Assembly (NCBI RefSeq): GCF_009914755.1
Contig: NC_060925.1
Direction: 5' to 3' (one strand)
Length of the DNA stretch: 64,000 nt
DNA from: the human T2T-CHM13v2.0 reference genome, Homo sapiens
Shown here: one piece after another, positions 41,301-55,004 of the stretch
Position numbering within the stretch: the stretch's first letter is position 1
Layout of the letters: every line of letters starts with the position of its first letter
The notes under the pieces: generated by a model
Told to the model about the DNA's origin: nothing
Databases searched by the model: none
The model's input: the letters and a program-made list of their open reading frames with translations, nothing else
Program-made: the position numbers and the translations under genes

Positions 41301-43157
41301 AATGACCCTAGGCAGTAATTAGACACTACGTGGAAACACAAATTGCAAAGTTCATTATGCAATCATAAAAGATGGCATAAATGCGTATTTCTTCTCCTTT
41401 CTCCTTTTAACTGCTATACAAAGTATTTGTAAATATGTCTGGTTTCCAGTCCAGTGTGAATGGAGCTTGGAAGTCATCACTCCTGTCTTCGCAACAAGAA
41501 AAAAGCTGAACAAACAGAAAGTTAACAACTCTTCTTAGATTGATAAGAAAAGTAAGATAACAGGGCAAACTTTTACTCCTAAAATTAGAGACACACAATC
41601 CGGGTAAATGCAAACAATCACAGGTTAATGGATCAGAGCCTAGGGAGCAGAAACCACCAGTACCACAGTAGGAAAATTTAAACTTTAAATTCAAAATTGA
41701 AATTTTATATTTAAGCTGTAATTGACAAATTGCTAGATGCTCAGTGTGAATAAGATTCAGAGTTTAGAAATTCTGGGGAGCCTAGTCTTAGAGGGACCCC
41801 ATATTATCATTAGTTTTTCCTCTGGGAGCCCAACCAAGTTCTCAGCATTGTATTAACCAGTCCCCCAAATCATTGAGTTGATATTTAAAAAAGGAAGAAG
41901 AAAAAAAGTTTGACATTGTGTACATTTTTTTTAAATTAAAGCACACACATGGAAAAATACAAGTGAAACTGAGTAGAACATATATAACATATTGTCTTAG
42001 TATTACTAGTGGGCAGAATAACAGAGAGAAATTATCAGATTATTCCCTTTATTGGTCCTTATGCCACCCACATTTCTGAATAAACCAATAACCCATTAAT
42101 CAATCATTACTTGTGATTACAACTAAGAAGTTATATTTTCAGCATTAAAAACTGTTGAAAACCTGTTTATCCAAAAAAGTGAACTCTATACATATTAACA
42201 TAAAATCTAGCTAGAATACTTCTAGGTATTAAATTATATACCAAAAATTTAAAGGAAATTTGAGATAAAAAAGTAAGGCGTATTTCCCAAGCAACAATGA
42301 TAATTTCTTATTTTGCAAATTTCTTATTTCAGAAATCAGGATAATTTGAGATTTAAAAATTTCTATTAGTGATCTTACATCTTCTTCCACAACATAGATA
42401 CATTGTTTGACAACTAGAAGCCATAAATGTTTTTTGAATGCTTTAAGGATTTAGTTTAAACATTAATTGATGTGGTGTATTATTTTTACTAAGTAGTAAC
42501 TTGGTCATCATAACTTTTATGTTTGCTTAGGATTTATTTTTTATTATATAAAAGTTGAAGTTATTTCTGTCATAACTGTAAGCAAATTTAACCTAAGTGT
42601 GTGAAAAGTATTCTGAGGTACTCTGTATATTTTTAACGTCCTGAAAGTCTGAAGGCTAATCTATACAGGTATGTTTTAGGATATTCCATAGGAAAAAAAT
42701 CATTACTTTTACTATCAACCTTTGAGATTTCATGAAGATTTTATTGAGGAGTAATAATACATGCTATAAGCATTGACAAAACTCTGAAAGTTTTTTTCTA
42801 TAAGATATAAAATAATATCTAAATTGAGTCAGCCATAGGAGATTCAATTTAGAGTGTTTTGTGTTTTATATTCATCTAATAATGTTCAAATTGCAACTAT
42901 AACATTTCAATATTTGTCAACATGCTTTTATAAAAGTAAGTTCTAAGTTTCTAAGCTTCAAAAAAGTGAAGAAGTAGTAAAAAGCAAAAATTGAGGGAGT
43001 TTTTTACTAGTAGACATGCTTTACAAGAACTAGTAAAAGAAGTTCTTTAGAAAGAAGGAAAAATATTTAGGCCAGAAACTGAGATATACATACAGAAAGG
43101 AAGAATACCAGAGAAGAGATAAATGAAAGTAAGATAAATATTTTATTTTCTTATTCT

Positions 43158-43418
43158 ATTTTTTTTTTTTTTGAGACAGAGTTTTGCTCTGTTGCCCAGG
43201 CTGGAGTGCAGTGGTGCAATCATGGCTCACTGCAGCCTCTGCCTTCCAGGTTCAAGCAATTCTTGTGCCTCAGCCCCCTGAGTAGCTGGGATTACAAGCA
43301 CATGGCATTATGCTTGGCTAATTTCTGTATTTTTAGTAGAGACAGGGTTTCACCATGTTGGCCCAGCTGGTCTCGAAGTCCTGACCTCTAGTGATCTGCC
43401 CTCTTCACCCTCCCAAAG
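43158..43418 (-). mobile_element. 5'-truncated Alu inserted in L1
   Basis: 12-bp TSD ttttcttattct at 43146-43157 and 43422-43433. Confidence 0.9.
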
Positions 43419-43919
43419 GATTTTTCTTATTCTTAATTGATTTAGCAGATAAGTTTGCTCCAAGTAAAAATAACAGCAATGTATTCAGTGATTATAGCTT
43501 ATTGATAAGTGAAATGAATGATGCAATGTTACAAAGAATGCATGGAACAAATCAGAAAAATTCTATTATAAGGTACTTGCACTACCCATAAAGCAGTATA
43601 GTATTATTTGAAATGATTTCAATCAGTTGGAAATGTGTAGTGCCAACTCTAAGGCAACCTTAAACAAGTTTAATAAAAGAAATACAATTGATATGCTAAG
43701 AAAGGAAAGAAAGCAGAATCATATAAAATGCTCAATTAAAATGACACAAGGCTAAAAATGAGTGCAAGACAGAAAAGAAACAAAAACAAGAGCAATGAGT
43801 AGAAAACAGATAAGAATAGGGTAGATATTAACCCAACTACATCAATAATCATTTTAAGTGTCAATAATCTAAATACACCAATTAAAAGATATAGTCTATC
43901 AGAGTGGATTAAAAAATAT

Positions 43920-45443
43920 CCCTTTCAGATTGTTTGTTGTTAGTGTATAGAAACACAGCTGATTTTTGCATGTTGATTTTGTATCCTAAAACTTTGCTGA
44001 ATTTGCTTATTAGTTCTAACAGTTTTTTGGGGGGTGGTGTGTGGAATCTTTAGAGTTTTCTACATGTAAGATTATGTCATCTGTGAACAGAGATAATTTA
44101 CTTCAGCATTAAAAAGAATAGACTTAACTAAGGAGACAAAAGATTTGTGCATTGAAAACTGCAAGACATCGCTAAAAAAAATTAAAAGACACAAATAAAT
44201 GGAAAGACATCCCATGTTCATAGATTGAAAGACTTAATATTGTTAAAATGTCCATATTACCGAAATTAATTTGCAGATTTAATGTCATCCATATCAAAAT
44301 CCTCTTGACTTTTCCTTTTTTGCAGAAGAAATTAAAAAATATTCTAAAATTTATATGGACCTACAAAAGACCCTGAAAAAGTGAAACAATTTTGAGAAAC
44401 AAAAACAAAGCTGCAGGCACAAAACTTTCCTAATTCCAAAACATTACAAACTACAGTAACCAAATAAATCTGATACTGGCATAAAGACAGACCTAGAGAC
44501 CAATGAAACAGAATAGACAGCCCAGAAACAAATCCATGCATATATGAGCAAATGGTCTTCAACAAGGATATCAATACTACATAACGGGGAAAGGACAGTC
44601 TCTTCAACAATGGTGTGGCAAAACTGTATAACCACATGTAAAAGAATGAAATTGAACCCTTATTATATAACACAGACAAAAATAAACTCAAAATGGATTA
44701 AAAACCTAAACATATGACGTGAAACCCTAAAGCTCCTAGAAGAAAACACAGGGGAAAGACTTCATAACAGTGGTCTTAGCAATGATTTGGATATAACATC
44801 AAAAGCAGAGGCAACAAAAGCAAAAACATACAAGTGAGAATATCAAACTAAAGCTTCTTCACAACAAAGGAAACAATCAATGCAGTGAAAATACATGCAA
44901 ATCGTGTATCTGATAGGGGGTTGATATAAAAATATGTAAGAAATTCCTACAAATTGATAGCAAAAAATCCCCAAATAACCTGATTTTAAATGGGCAAATG
45001 ACTTGAATAGATATTTTACTAAGGAAACATACAAGTGGGTGAACAGGTATATGAAATGATGCTCAATGTCACTAATCATCAAGGAAATGCAAATCACACT
45101 CATGATGAGGTATCACCTCATACATGTTAAGATAACTATTATCAAAATGTCAAAAGATAATATGGGTTGGCTAGGATATGGAGAAAATAGAATCCTTGTG
45201 CACTGTTGGTGGGAATGCAAACTGGTACAACCATTATGAAATATGGAGTTTCTTTTAAAAATTAAAAATAGGATTACCATATGACCCAGCAATCCCACAT
45301 CTGGTTATATATCCAAAGGAAATGAAATCACTGTGTTGAAGAGATAACTGCATTGCTATATTCATTATCCCATTATTTATAACAGCCAAGATATAGAAAC
45401 AACCTAAGTGCCTCCTGATAGATGAAGGTAAAAAGAAAATGGG

Positions 45444-45528
<85 letters not shown>

Positions 45529-46040
45529 ACAGAATATTATTCAGTCTTAAAAAAGGAGGACATCCTGCCATTTTCAACAACATGGACGAATGTGGAGGAC
45601 ATTATGCTAAATGAAGTAAGCCAGCTACAGAAAGGCAAATACTGTATGATTTCAATTTTATGTGGAATCCAAAAAAGTCAAACTCAGTGAAACAGAGTGA
45701 AAGGGCAGTTTACTAGGGATTGCAGGTGGGGAAAGGGGAGATGTTGGTTAAAGGGTACACACCTGCAGTTATAAGACATATAAGTTTGGAGACCTAATGT
45801 ACAGAATGGTGACTATAGTTAACAGTGCATTGTGTACTTGAAATTTGGTTAAGAGGGTAGATCTTAAGTATTCTCACCACACACATGCACATGCATGTAA
45901 CTATATGAGGTGATGAATATGATAAGCAGCTTGATATCAGTAATCACTTCATAATGTATACCTATATCAAAGCATCACATTGTTCACCTTGAATATATAC
46001 AAATTTTATTTACCAATTATATTTCAATAAAGCAGAAAAA
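43920..46040 (+). mobile_element. L1MA-like element with 5' inversion (43920-44104 inverted)
   Basis: Inverted part encodes RT motifs LFTDD and GYKIN on the minus strand; forward part continues ORF2 to a 3' end AATAAA at about 46026. Confidence 0.8.
45444..45524. repeat. (TA)n tract, about 80 bp with two interruptions
   Basis: Visible directly in the sequence. Confidence 0.97.
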
Positions 46041-46262
46041 CATAAAAGATAACCCAAAAGAAAAGAAAAGAGAAATAGTTATATATCTAGCAAAACATGT
46101 AAAAATAGATATTAAGTAAACTACAAAACTCTGATGAAAGAAATCATAGGAGGTGTAAATAAGTGAAGAGATATTCCACGTACATGGGTAGAAAGACTCA
46201 ATATCATCAGGATGTCAGTCTGATATCATCTTTTCAGCCTGGAAAAACTTTACTTCTTCTAT

Positions 46263-46538
46263 GTGATGGAGTTTTGCTCTTGTCACCCAGGCTGAAGTGC
46301 AATGGCACGATCTTGGCTCACTGCAACCTCCTTCTCCCAGGTTCAAGTGATTCTTCTGCCTCAGCCTCCTGAGTAGCTGGGATTACTGGTGCCTGCCACC
46401 ATGCCTGGCTAATTTTTTTGTGTTTTTAGTACAAAAAAAAGTTTGGCTAGGCTTGTCTTGAACTCCTGACCTCAGGTGATCCACCTGCCTCAGCCTCCCA
46501 AAGTGCTGGATTACAGGCGTGAGCCACTGCGTCTGGCC
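46263..46538 (-). mobile_element. AluS (Sp/Sq-like)
   Basis: gttttgctcttgtcacccaggc...ctggcc. Confidence 0.9.
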
Positions 46539-47982
46539 CAGAATATACTCTCTTACACTTGAGATGTGAATATTAATCCACCACTTACCTATGTGCTGAA
46601 TGTCATAATGGGCCTTTTTACAGTAACTATTTCACTAAATTCTTAGAACAGACTTCAGATGTAGGTGCTATTGTCTTAATTTTTAAGATTAGGAAACTGA
46701 AGTTTGTGTATTTGAAATCATTTGTTCAAGTTTAAAATGCCAGTGAGTGGCAAAGCAAAAAATCAAACCCATCTGTGCTTGACAGCAGAATTTGTGTTGT
46801 TTTCCTAAACTATAAAATCAGGAGTGAATTCCTTTACCCTGCGTCACACGTGAACACCTCTGCTTAGTCTCCCAAAACTCCATAATCATGCCACACTTGC
46901 TCTTCCGCCTAGCCCTCTGATTGAATCATCAATTATTTTGAACCATGCACTTTAGCCCCAGTGACTCCACCCTTTCATCTGAATAAATATTTTTTCCCTT
47001 AAACACATGCACCTTGGATTTCCTTGGGGTGCCGTCTCTAGTCCTTCTATTAATCTAAATCCTGTTCATCTTCAATTTAGGTCCTACTTCCTCCAGGACA
47101 TTAGGTATTTTTGTACCTTGCTCTATGTTGATTATTTACTTTTGTTTTTTTCCCCTGCTGTCTCTGCCTAGAATAAATATTGAAATTCTGCACAAACATC
47201 AAGGGCCAGGTCAAAGGCTCACTGTCCCACGACATGGGATCAGATATTCCCTGATGGAGTGATATCTGGAACCAGTTTTCAAAGGAATTGTTAACTGGCC
47301 AGTGAGGTGTCAAGCAGATTACATACTAACTTTAGGAATAAATGTTCAGTTATTATGGGCACATATCATAAATACAAATTGATTTCTACTCAGAGTAACT
47401 CAGGTTACTTATTGGTTTATAAAAAGCAATGAGAGTACTGAATATTAGCTCAGGCATAGGGTAAGCTGCTGTAGCAATGATCCCAAATGCATGTGATTCA
47501 AACAGGATTAAAATTTATCTCTGACAGAACATTCCAGAGATTGGCAGCTGGTCCTGCCACCAGACAGGTGGTTCTGTTCCACGAACCCTCCAGGGTTCCA
47601 GTTGCTTTCCATCTTGTTACCTCTCCATTTCCTATGATGGAGTCTTTATCCCCAAATGCATATCTGGTTCAACAGCACAACAGCCATATTCTAGTCTATT
47701 GGAAGAAAAACATTAAAATGGCAAGCATCTATTTTTTGAAAGCCATGATCTGAAAATTGTCTTCATCACTTACACTCATATCCCATTGTCCAGAATCTGG
47801 TAATAATGGCTATGGCTAGTTGGCAAGGTAGACTGGCAAATGTAGTTTCTAGCTAGCAGCCATGTGTCTATTAAAACCCAAGGCATTCTATTACTAAAAG
47901 AAAAAAAAAAAGGAAAATCGATATTTAAGGGAGTAATTAGTGTTAGCCATAGGCTGTGTGCCAAGCTCATTGGGAACTAACT

Positions 47983-50900
47983 TAAACACAGTTAGGAATC
48001 TTCTTCTTTGGGTTAAATCTGCTTAGCGTTCTATAATTTTCTTGTTCTATATAACCTTCTTGGATATTGATCTCTTTCTCTAGGTTTGGGGAGCTCTTTG
48101 TTATTATCCCTTTGAATAAAGTTTCTACCCCTATCTCTTTCTCTATCTCATCTTTCAGGCCAATAACTCTTAGATTTGCCCTTTTGATGCTATTTTCTAG
48201 ATTCTTAGGCATGCTTTATTGTGTTTTATTCTTCGTTCTTTTGTTTCTTCTGATGTGTATTGTCAAATACCCCATCTTTGAGGTCACTAATTCTTTCTTC
48301 TGCTTGATCAACTCTGCTATTAAAAGACTCTGAAGTATTCTTCAGTATGTCAATTACATTTTTCAGCTCCAGAATTTCTGCTTGATTCTTTTTAATTATC
48401 TCTATCTTTTTGTTACATTTATCTGATGCAATTCTGAATTCCTTCTCTGCGTTATCTTGACTTTCTTTGAGTTTCCTCAAAATAACTATTTTGAATTCTC
48501 TGTGTAAAATGTCACATATCTTCATTTCTCTAGGATTGGTCCCTGGTGCCTATTTAGTTCATTTGGTGAAGGCATGTTTTCCTGGATTGTCTTCATATTT
48601 GTGGATGGTTATCTGTCTCTGGACATTGAATGAAGGGGGCCAGCCCCTCCACACCTGTGGGTATTTCTCATCAGGTGGGACGAGAGACTGATAAAAGAAA
48701 TAAGACAAAGAGACAAAGTATGGAGAAAGAACAGTGGCCCCAGGGAACTGGCGCTCAGCATGCGGAGGACCTGCACTGGCACCGGTCTCTGAGTTCCCTC
48801 AGTATTTAATTACTATTTTCAGTATCTCAGCAAGAGAAATGTGGTAGGAGAGCAGGGTGATAGTGAGGAGAAGGTCAGCAAGAAAACATGTGAGCAAAGG
48901 AATCTGTGTCACAAATAAGTTCAAGGGAAGGTACTATGCCTGGATGTGCACGTAGGCCAGATTTATGCTTCTCTCCACCCAAACAACTCAGTGGAGTAAA
49001 GAGTAACAAAGCAGCATTGCTGCCAACATGTCTCGCCTCCCACCATAGGGCGGTTTTTCTCCTATCTCAGAATTGAACAAATGTACAATCGGGTTTTATA
49101 CCGAGACATTCCGTTCCCAGGGGCAGGCAGGAGAAAGAGACCTTCCTCTATCTCAACTGCAGGAGGCTTTCCTCTTTTACTAATCCTCCTCAGCACAGAC
49201 CATTCACGGGTGTCAGGCTGGGGGACGGTCAGGTCTTGCCCATCCCACGAGGCCATATTTCAGACTATCACATGGGGATAAACCTTGGACAATACCCGGC
49301 TTTCCAGGGCAGAGGTCCCTGCGGCTTTCCGCAGTGCATTGTGCCCCTGGTTTATCGAGACTAGAGAATGGCGATGACTTTTACCAAGCATACTGCTTGT
49401 AAACATTTTGTTAACAAAGCACATCCTGCATAGCCGTAGATCCCTTAAACCTTGATTCTATACAATGCATGTTTTTGCGAGTTCCAGGTTGGGGCAAAGA
49501 GATTGGAGCAAAGTTACAGATTAACAGCATCTCAGGGCAAAGCAATTGTTTAGGGTACAGGTCAAAATGGAATTTCTTATGTCTTCCCTTTTTACACAGA
49601 CACAGTAACAGTCTGATCTCTCTTTCTTTTCCCTACAATTGAATAATTAGGTATTTATTGTAGTCTTCACAGTCTTGGCTTGTTTGTATCCGTTCTTCCT
49701 GGGAAGAATTTCCAGGTATCTGAAAAAACTTAGATGTTGTGATTGTAGCTGTATCTGCATTAGGGAGCGCCCCAAGCCCAGTAACACTGTGGTTCTTGCA
49801 GGCTCATAGAAGTAATGCCTTGATGGTCTTAGACAAGATCTCGAAGAATTCTCAGGCTTACAAGTAAAAAACTCTTGTTCTCTGCTCTTAGTTTCTCTCA
49901 AACAAATAGAGTCTCTCTCTCTCTGTTCCAAGCTGCCTAGAGTTGGGGGTGGAGTGACAAAAACACCCCTGTGGCCGCCACCACTAGGATTGCACTGGTT
50001 CAGACCTAATCTATCCCAGCACTGGATCTCACCTAAGGTCTGCTATAACCATTCCCTGGCTACCACCTATGTTTACGCAAGGCTCTGGGGCTGTAGATGT
50101 CAAAGCCAGCCAGGTTTGTGTTCTTCCCTTCAGGGGCCAAGTTCCTCTAAGCCTGGGGCAGGTCCAGAGGTACTGTTCAGGAGCCAGGGACTAAAGTCAA
50201 AAGCCTTAGAAGTCTACCTGACGTTCTATTGCACTGCACCTGGGCTGGAACTAAAACCACGAGACATAGCTCTTCCCATTTTTCCCTCCTATTTTCAAAG
50301 GCAGAAGAGCCTTATCCCATGGCCACCGCCACCACAGACCCATGGAGAGTACTGCTGGGCTACCACCAATGTTTCCTTATGGCCTGAGGGCTTTTCAGTC
50401 AGCTTGTGGTGAATGCTGCCTGGCCTGGGACTCACCTTTTAGGGCAGTGGGTTCCCTCCTGGGCCAAGGAAGGTCCAGAAGTGCCATCCAAGAGCCAAGG
50501 CCTGGAATTGCAGACTCCCAAGAGCTCACTTTGTGCTCTACCCCCTGCGGCAGAGCTGGAACTTAAGGTGCCAAAGTGCCCTTTATTTTTCCCTCACTTT
50601 TCTCAAGAAGAAGGAGTTTCTTCCCATAGCCACCACCGCTGGGAATTTGCTAAGTCTCTCCTAAAGCCAGAAAGTCGCAGAGTCTCACCCAAGGCCCACA
50701 GTTTACTACCTGTGTATTGCTGCTGGTTATAAGGGCCCAAGGACTCTTCAGTTAGCAAGTGATGACTCCTGGACTGGATCTTTCCTTTCAAGGCAGCAAG
50801 TTCCCTTCTGATGCAGGCTGTGTCTAGAAAAGTCATCTGGTAGCTAAGTCCTGGAAAGGCGGTCTCATGACTCTGACTGGTGCCCTGTCCTACTGTCTTG
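47983..50900 (-). mobile_element. L1 5' UTR/ORF1 fragment interrupted by LTR5
   Basis: ORF1-like translations ENSIKRANLRVIGL and IEIIKKNQAEILELKN. Confidence 0.85.
48631..49637 (-). mobile_element. HERV-K(HML-2) solo LTR, LTR5A-like, gene-sense, 11.4 kb upstream of the CYP2J2 ATG
   Basis: 1007 bp with TG...CA ends; perfect 6-bp TSD attgaa at 48625-48630 and 49638-49643; TATAAAA at 49100-49094. Confidence 0.95.
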
Positions 50901-50944
50901 CATCTTGGATACCAGCCAAACTCTTAAGGGCTATTAAAATAATG

Positions 50945-50995
50945 GCCATTACTTTTAATGGCGAAAACTGCAATTACTTTTGCACCAAACTAATA
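50945..50995. mobile_element. Partial MADE1 (Hsmar1 MITE)
   Basis: gccattacttttaatggcgaaaactgcaattacttttgcaccaaactaata. Confidence 0.85.
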
Positions 50996-51590
50996 GTACA
51001 ACCTTTAGGGAAAACAGTATGGAGATTTCACAAAGAACTAAAAATAGAACTACCCTTCAATCCAGCAGTCCAACTACTGAGTGCATACTCACAGGGAAAT
51101 AAATAATTATATCAAAAAGATACCTGCATTTGTATGTTTACCACTGCACTATTAGTAATAGCAAACATATGAAATCAATATATCTATTGATCTGTTAGTA
51201 CAATTAGACAAGTGTCCATCAATAGATTAGTAGATAAAGAAAATGTAGTATATATACACAATGGAAAACTATTTGCCCATAAAAAATGAAATCATGTCAT
51301 TTTTAGCAATATGGATGGAACTGGAAGTTATTATATTAAGTGAAATAAGCCAGGCACAGAAAGACAAATATATTCCCACTCATATGTGGGAGCTTAAAAA
51401 GTTGACGTTATGGAAGTAGACAGTAGAATGATAGTTACCAGAGTCTTGGAATGGTGTGTGTTTGGGTAAAAGGGATGAAGGAGAAAGAGAGGTAGCTTAA
51501 TGGTTACAAATATACAGTTCAGTAGAAGGAATACGTTCTAATGTTGGATAGCAGAGTAAGGTAACTATAGTTAACAACAATGTACTCTGT
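50996..51590 (+). mobile_element. L1 ORF2 end/3' UTR fragment (L1MA-like)
   Basis: VQPLGKTVWRFHKELKIELPFNPA, an L1 ORF2 C-terminal motif. Confidence 0.85.
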
Positions 51591-51682
51591 GACAGATTGA
51601 ACTCTAACACACCTTTTCCTGATTTTTGAGCACTTCAAAGTTTGAGGAGAGTGTCTTCTGCTGGCCTGGCTTAGGTTATGTG

Positions 51683-52570
51683 CAGTCACACACTGCAAAA
51701 TGATGTTTCAGTCAGTGATGGCCTGCCTATATGACAGTGGTCCCATACAGTTATAGTGGAGCTGAAAAATTCCTATCTCCTAGTGATGTTGTAGCTATTG
51801 TAATGGCATAGTGTAACACATTACTCACATATTTGTGATAATGCTGATGTGAATGGACCTATTGTGCTGTCAGTCATATAAAAGTATAATACAAATAATT
51901 ATGTACAGTACATAATGCTTGCTAATGATAAACAACTATGTTACTAGTTTATGTACTTACTACACTTTTTAATCATCACTTTAGAGTGTACTCCTTCCAC
52001 TTATTGAAAAAAAGTTAACTGTAAAATAGTCCCAGGCAGGTCTTTCAGAAGGTATTCCAGAAGAAGGCACTGTTATCATAAGAGGTGCATTGTTATTGCC
52101 CTGAAGATCTTCCAGTGGGAGAAGATGTGGAGGTGGAAGACAGTGATATTGATGATTCTGACCCTGCGTAGGCCTAGGCTAATGAGTGTGCTGGTGTCTT
52201 AGTTTTTAATAAAAATGTTTTAAAAGTTTAAAAAAAATAAAAAATAGAAAAACATGTATAATGACATAAAGAAATGAAACATTTTTGTACAGCTGCACAA
52301 TATGTGTTTTAAGCTGTGCTATTGAGTGAAAAGTTCAACAAATTTAAAAGTTTATAAATAAGAAAACTTACAGTAAGCTAAGATTAATTTATTATTGATG
52401 GAAAAAATTATAAAGCCTACAGTCAAGTATAGTAGTGTCCTAGGTCTTCACATTCACTCTCCACTCACACACTGACTCACCCAGAACAACGTTCAGTGTT
52501 GCAAGCGCCATTCGTGATAAGTGCCTTATACAGGGGTACCTTTTTTTATTTTTTGTATTTTGTACCACAT
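51683..52570 (+). mobile_element. Tigger3 (Golem)-family DNA transposon fragment
   Basis: CAGTCA...gtggtcccata...ggagctgaaaaattccta terminal sequence. Confidence 0.8.
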
Positions 52571-52599
52571 TTTTTGTGAAACTTATGTTCTGGCTGGAG

Positions 52600-54440
52600 G
52601 CAGCTGATAATAAACCAATAAACCAAAAATTAAAAATCAGATAATTCAGAGAATTATCCAGAAAAATAAAATAAAGCTATGTGAAAGAAAGTGACTGGTG
52701 TCTGCTTGAGGTTTGGTGACCTAGGAGGGTCTTGTGAGCAGGAATAGCAATTTACCCCTGAATGCCAAGAAGGAGCCAGAAATAGAGCTAGTTATAGTTG
52801 AGGGGAGGGGGAAGCATTCCATGAAGAAGGACTAGATAGTGTAAAGATTCGCCTAAAAGATTCTTCTCCTAAAATGGGAAGAATCTTGGCATATTCCTGT
52901 GGCGGGGCAGAGTGTGTGAAGGAGAGGGAGGAGTGGGGCAATGTTTCAGGGTTGGAGGATAGACATCAGGTAGGACAAGGAATGTGTAAGCCAGGGTCAG
53001 TTTGGTTTATATTTTAAGTTTGATTAGAAGCCGTTGAAGCTTTTTAATCAAGGAGTGACATGATCTGATTTTTTTTTTCTGCTAAATTTCCTTAAAGATT
53101 GTGGACTGTAGGTGTGAGAGCAGAAGTAGGAGAGACAGGTTAGGAGATCATTGCAGTGAACAGGTTGGTGGATGGCATTGGCTTAGATTAGCAGTAGCAG
53201 AGGGAGGGAAGAAAAGCAGATGGAATTCAAGAAATGTTTTTGGAAGTAGAGTTAAAACGAGCTTGTTGATGAGAAGAGAGTAATAAAAAATAATGATAAT
53301 AACAATCATATCTTTTAAGAACCTACTATGTGCTGGGCACAGAGTAACTCACTTAACTGCATAACCATCCTCTGAAGTAGGTACTCTTATGAACCCCGTT
53401 TTACAAAATGAAGAAACTAAAGGTAAAGTATCTAATTTTTAACAACTAAGTAAAAATAGTTAATGTTTCAATTTTGGGTGGTGGTGCTATTTGTTGATAT
53501 GAGAAAAAAATGAAAGGAGAACAGGTTTAAGTGGAACAATAAAGAATTCTCTTCTGGCCATTTTAAATTTGATGTATTTATTAGTTATCCAAGTGGACGT
53601 GTCAAGTAGAAAGCTGATTATTCAGGTCTGATGATTTAGGAAGAAGTATTTTTAGGTCACAGGACTGGACGAAATCACCTAGGAAGAATATAGAGAGAGA
53701 ATCAAGAGGTACTGAAAGACTCTTAGATCTGCCAAAGCTTAGAAGTAGAAGAGAGGAGAAGGAGCCAGCAAGAGCCCTGAAATAAAGACCAGCCGAATGG
53801 AGAAAGAGAGAGGAAACCTTTCATAACTGCTAGCAGGAGGGCCTGGAAGTACAACTCGTCCTCACCCCTGGTGATTAGCTGATGTTTTCTGGGCACATAG
53901 ATTTCTTGTGAGAAAATACGGATGGAGAGAGAGGAATATGTTGTTGGGGCAATGCAGAGATTAGCACGAGTGGTCAGAATTAGACAGGCTACAGGTAAAC
54001 AAGTCCAGGAAAGTATGGTCTGTAGTTGAAGTTTAGCAAGGAAACAGTCAATTTTAGCAAGTTCGATGAGTATATGCCATGATTTTGGGTTTAGCAAGAT
54101 AACTGAGTTCAAGAGCTTTCAAAAGTATTGCAGAAAATATCTGAAGCAGTTTTTTTTTTTTCCCCCCACAAAGGGTTGTAGGGAAAGAAGGGAAAGTCCG
54201 ACATCATCACCAAGGATGTAAGAGAAAAGATCTTCAAAAAGAAGGGATTGGTCAGTGTGTTGAATTTGCGGAGAAAAAATGAGATAAGAACAGAGAAGTG
54301 GTACTTGGAGTTATCAGTGTGGAAGTCACTGGTGATCTCAGAGTATCTCAGTTGAGTGGCTAGAAAGGAAGCTTGATTGTGGTATGCTGAAGAAATGGGA
54401 GTTGAAGTGGAGACAGCAACTAAAGGTAATTCCTTCAAAA
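52600..54440. mobile_element. L2 fragments (with MIR)
   Basis: Purine-rich degenerate L2-like sequence; boundaries approximate. Confidence 0.5.
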
Positions 54441-54656
54441 TGTAGCTTCATATATACATATATGCATTTGTATACTTAGTGGCCCCTTTAATGTACAAAT
54501 TGTTGCTTGCTTGCTAGAGATATGATCCTAAGCCTTGCAATTCTAGTTTAATAAAATATCTTAGCCGTTTAAGTATGTATAGATTTCTATAGTTTAAAAA
54601 ATGACTACCTATAATGTCTCATACAATGAGCATTGGTATTGTGTCTAGCTGTCTAA

Positions 54657-55004
<348 letters not shown>

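Larger units (their letters stand above)
38670..46215 (+). mobile_element. Nested L1 mosaic (old L1M 5'/ORF1 with inserted L1, Alu and other fragments)
   Basis: ORF1-like segments at 39700-40600, an opposite-strand L1 piece at about 40615-41135, and an ORF2/3' end at 44105-46040. Confidence 0.75.

Noticed and set aside
47982-48525. Coiled-coil-like ORFs
   Set aside because: Broken L1 ORF1 fragments
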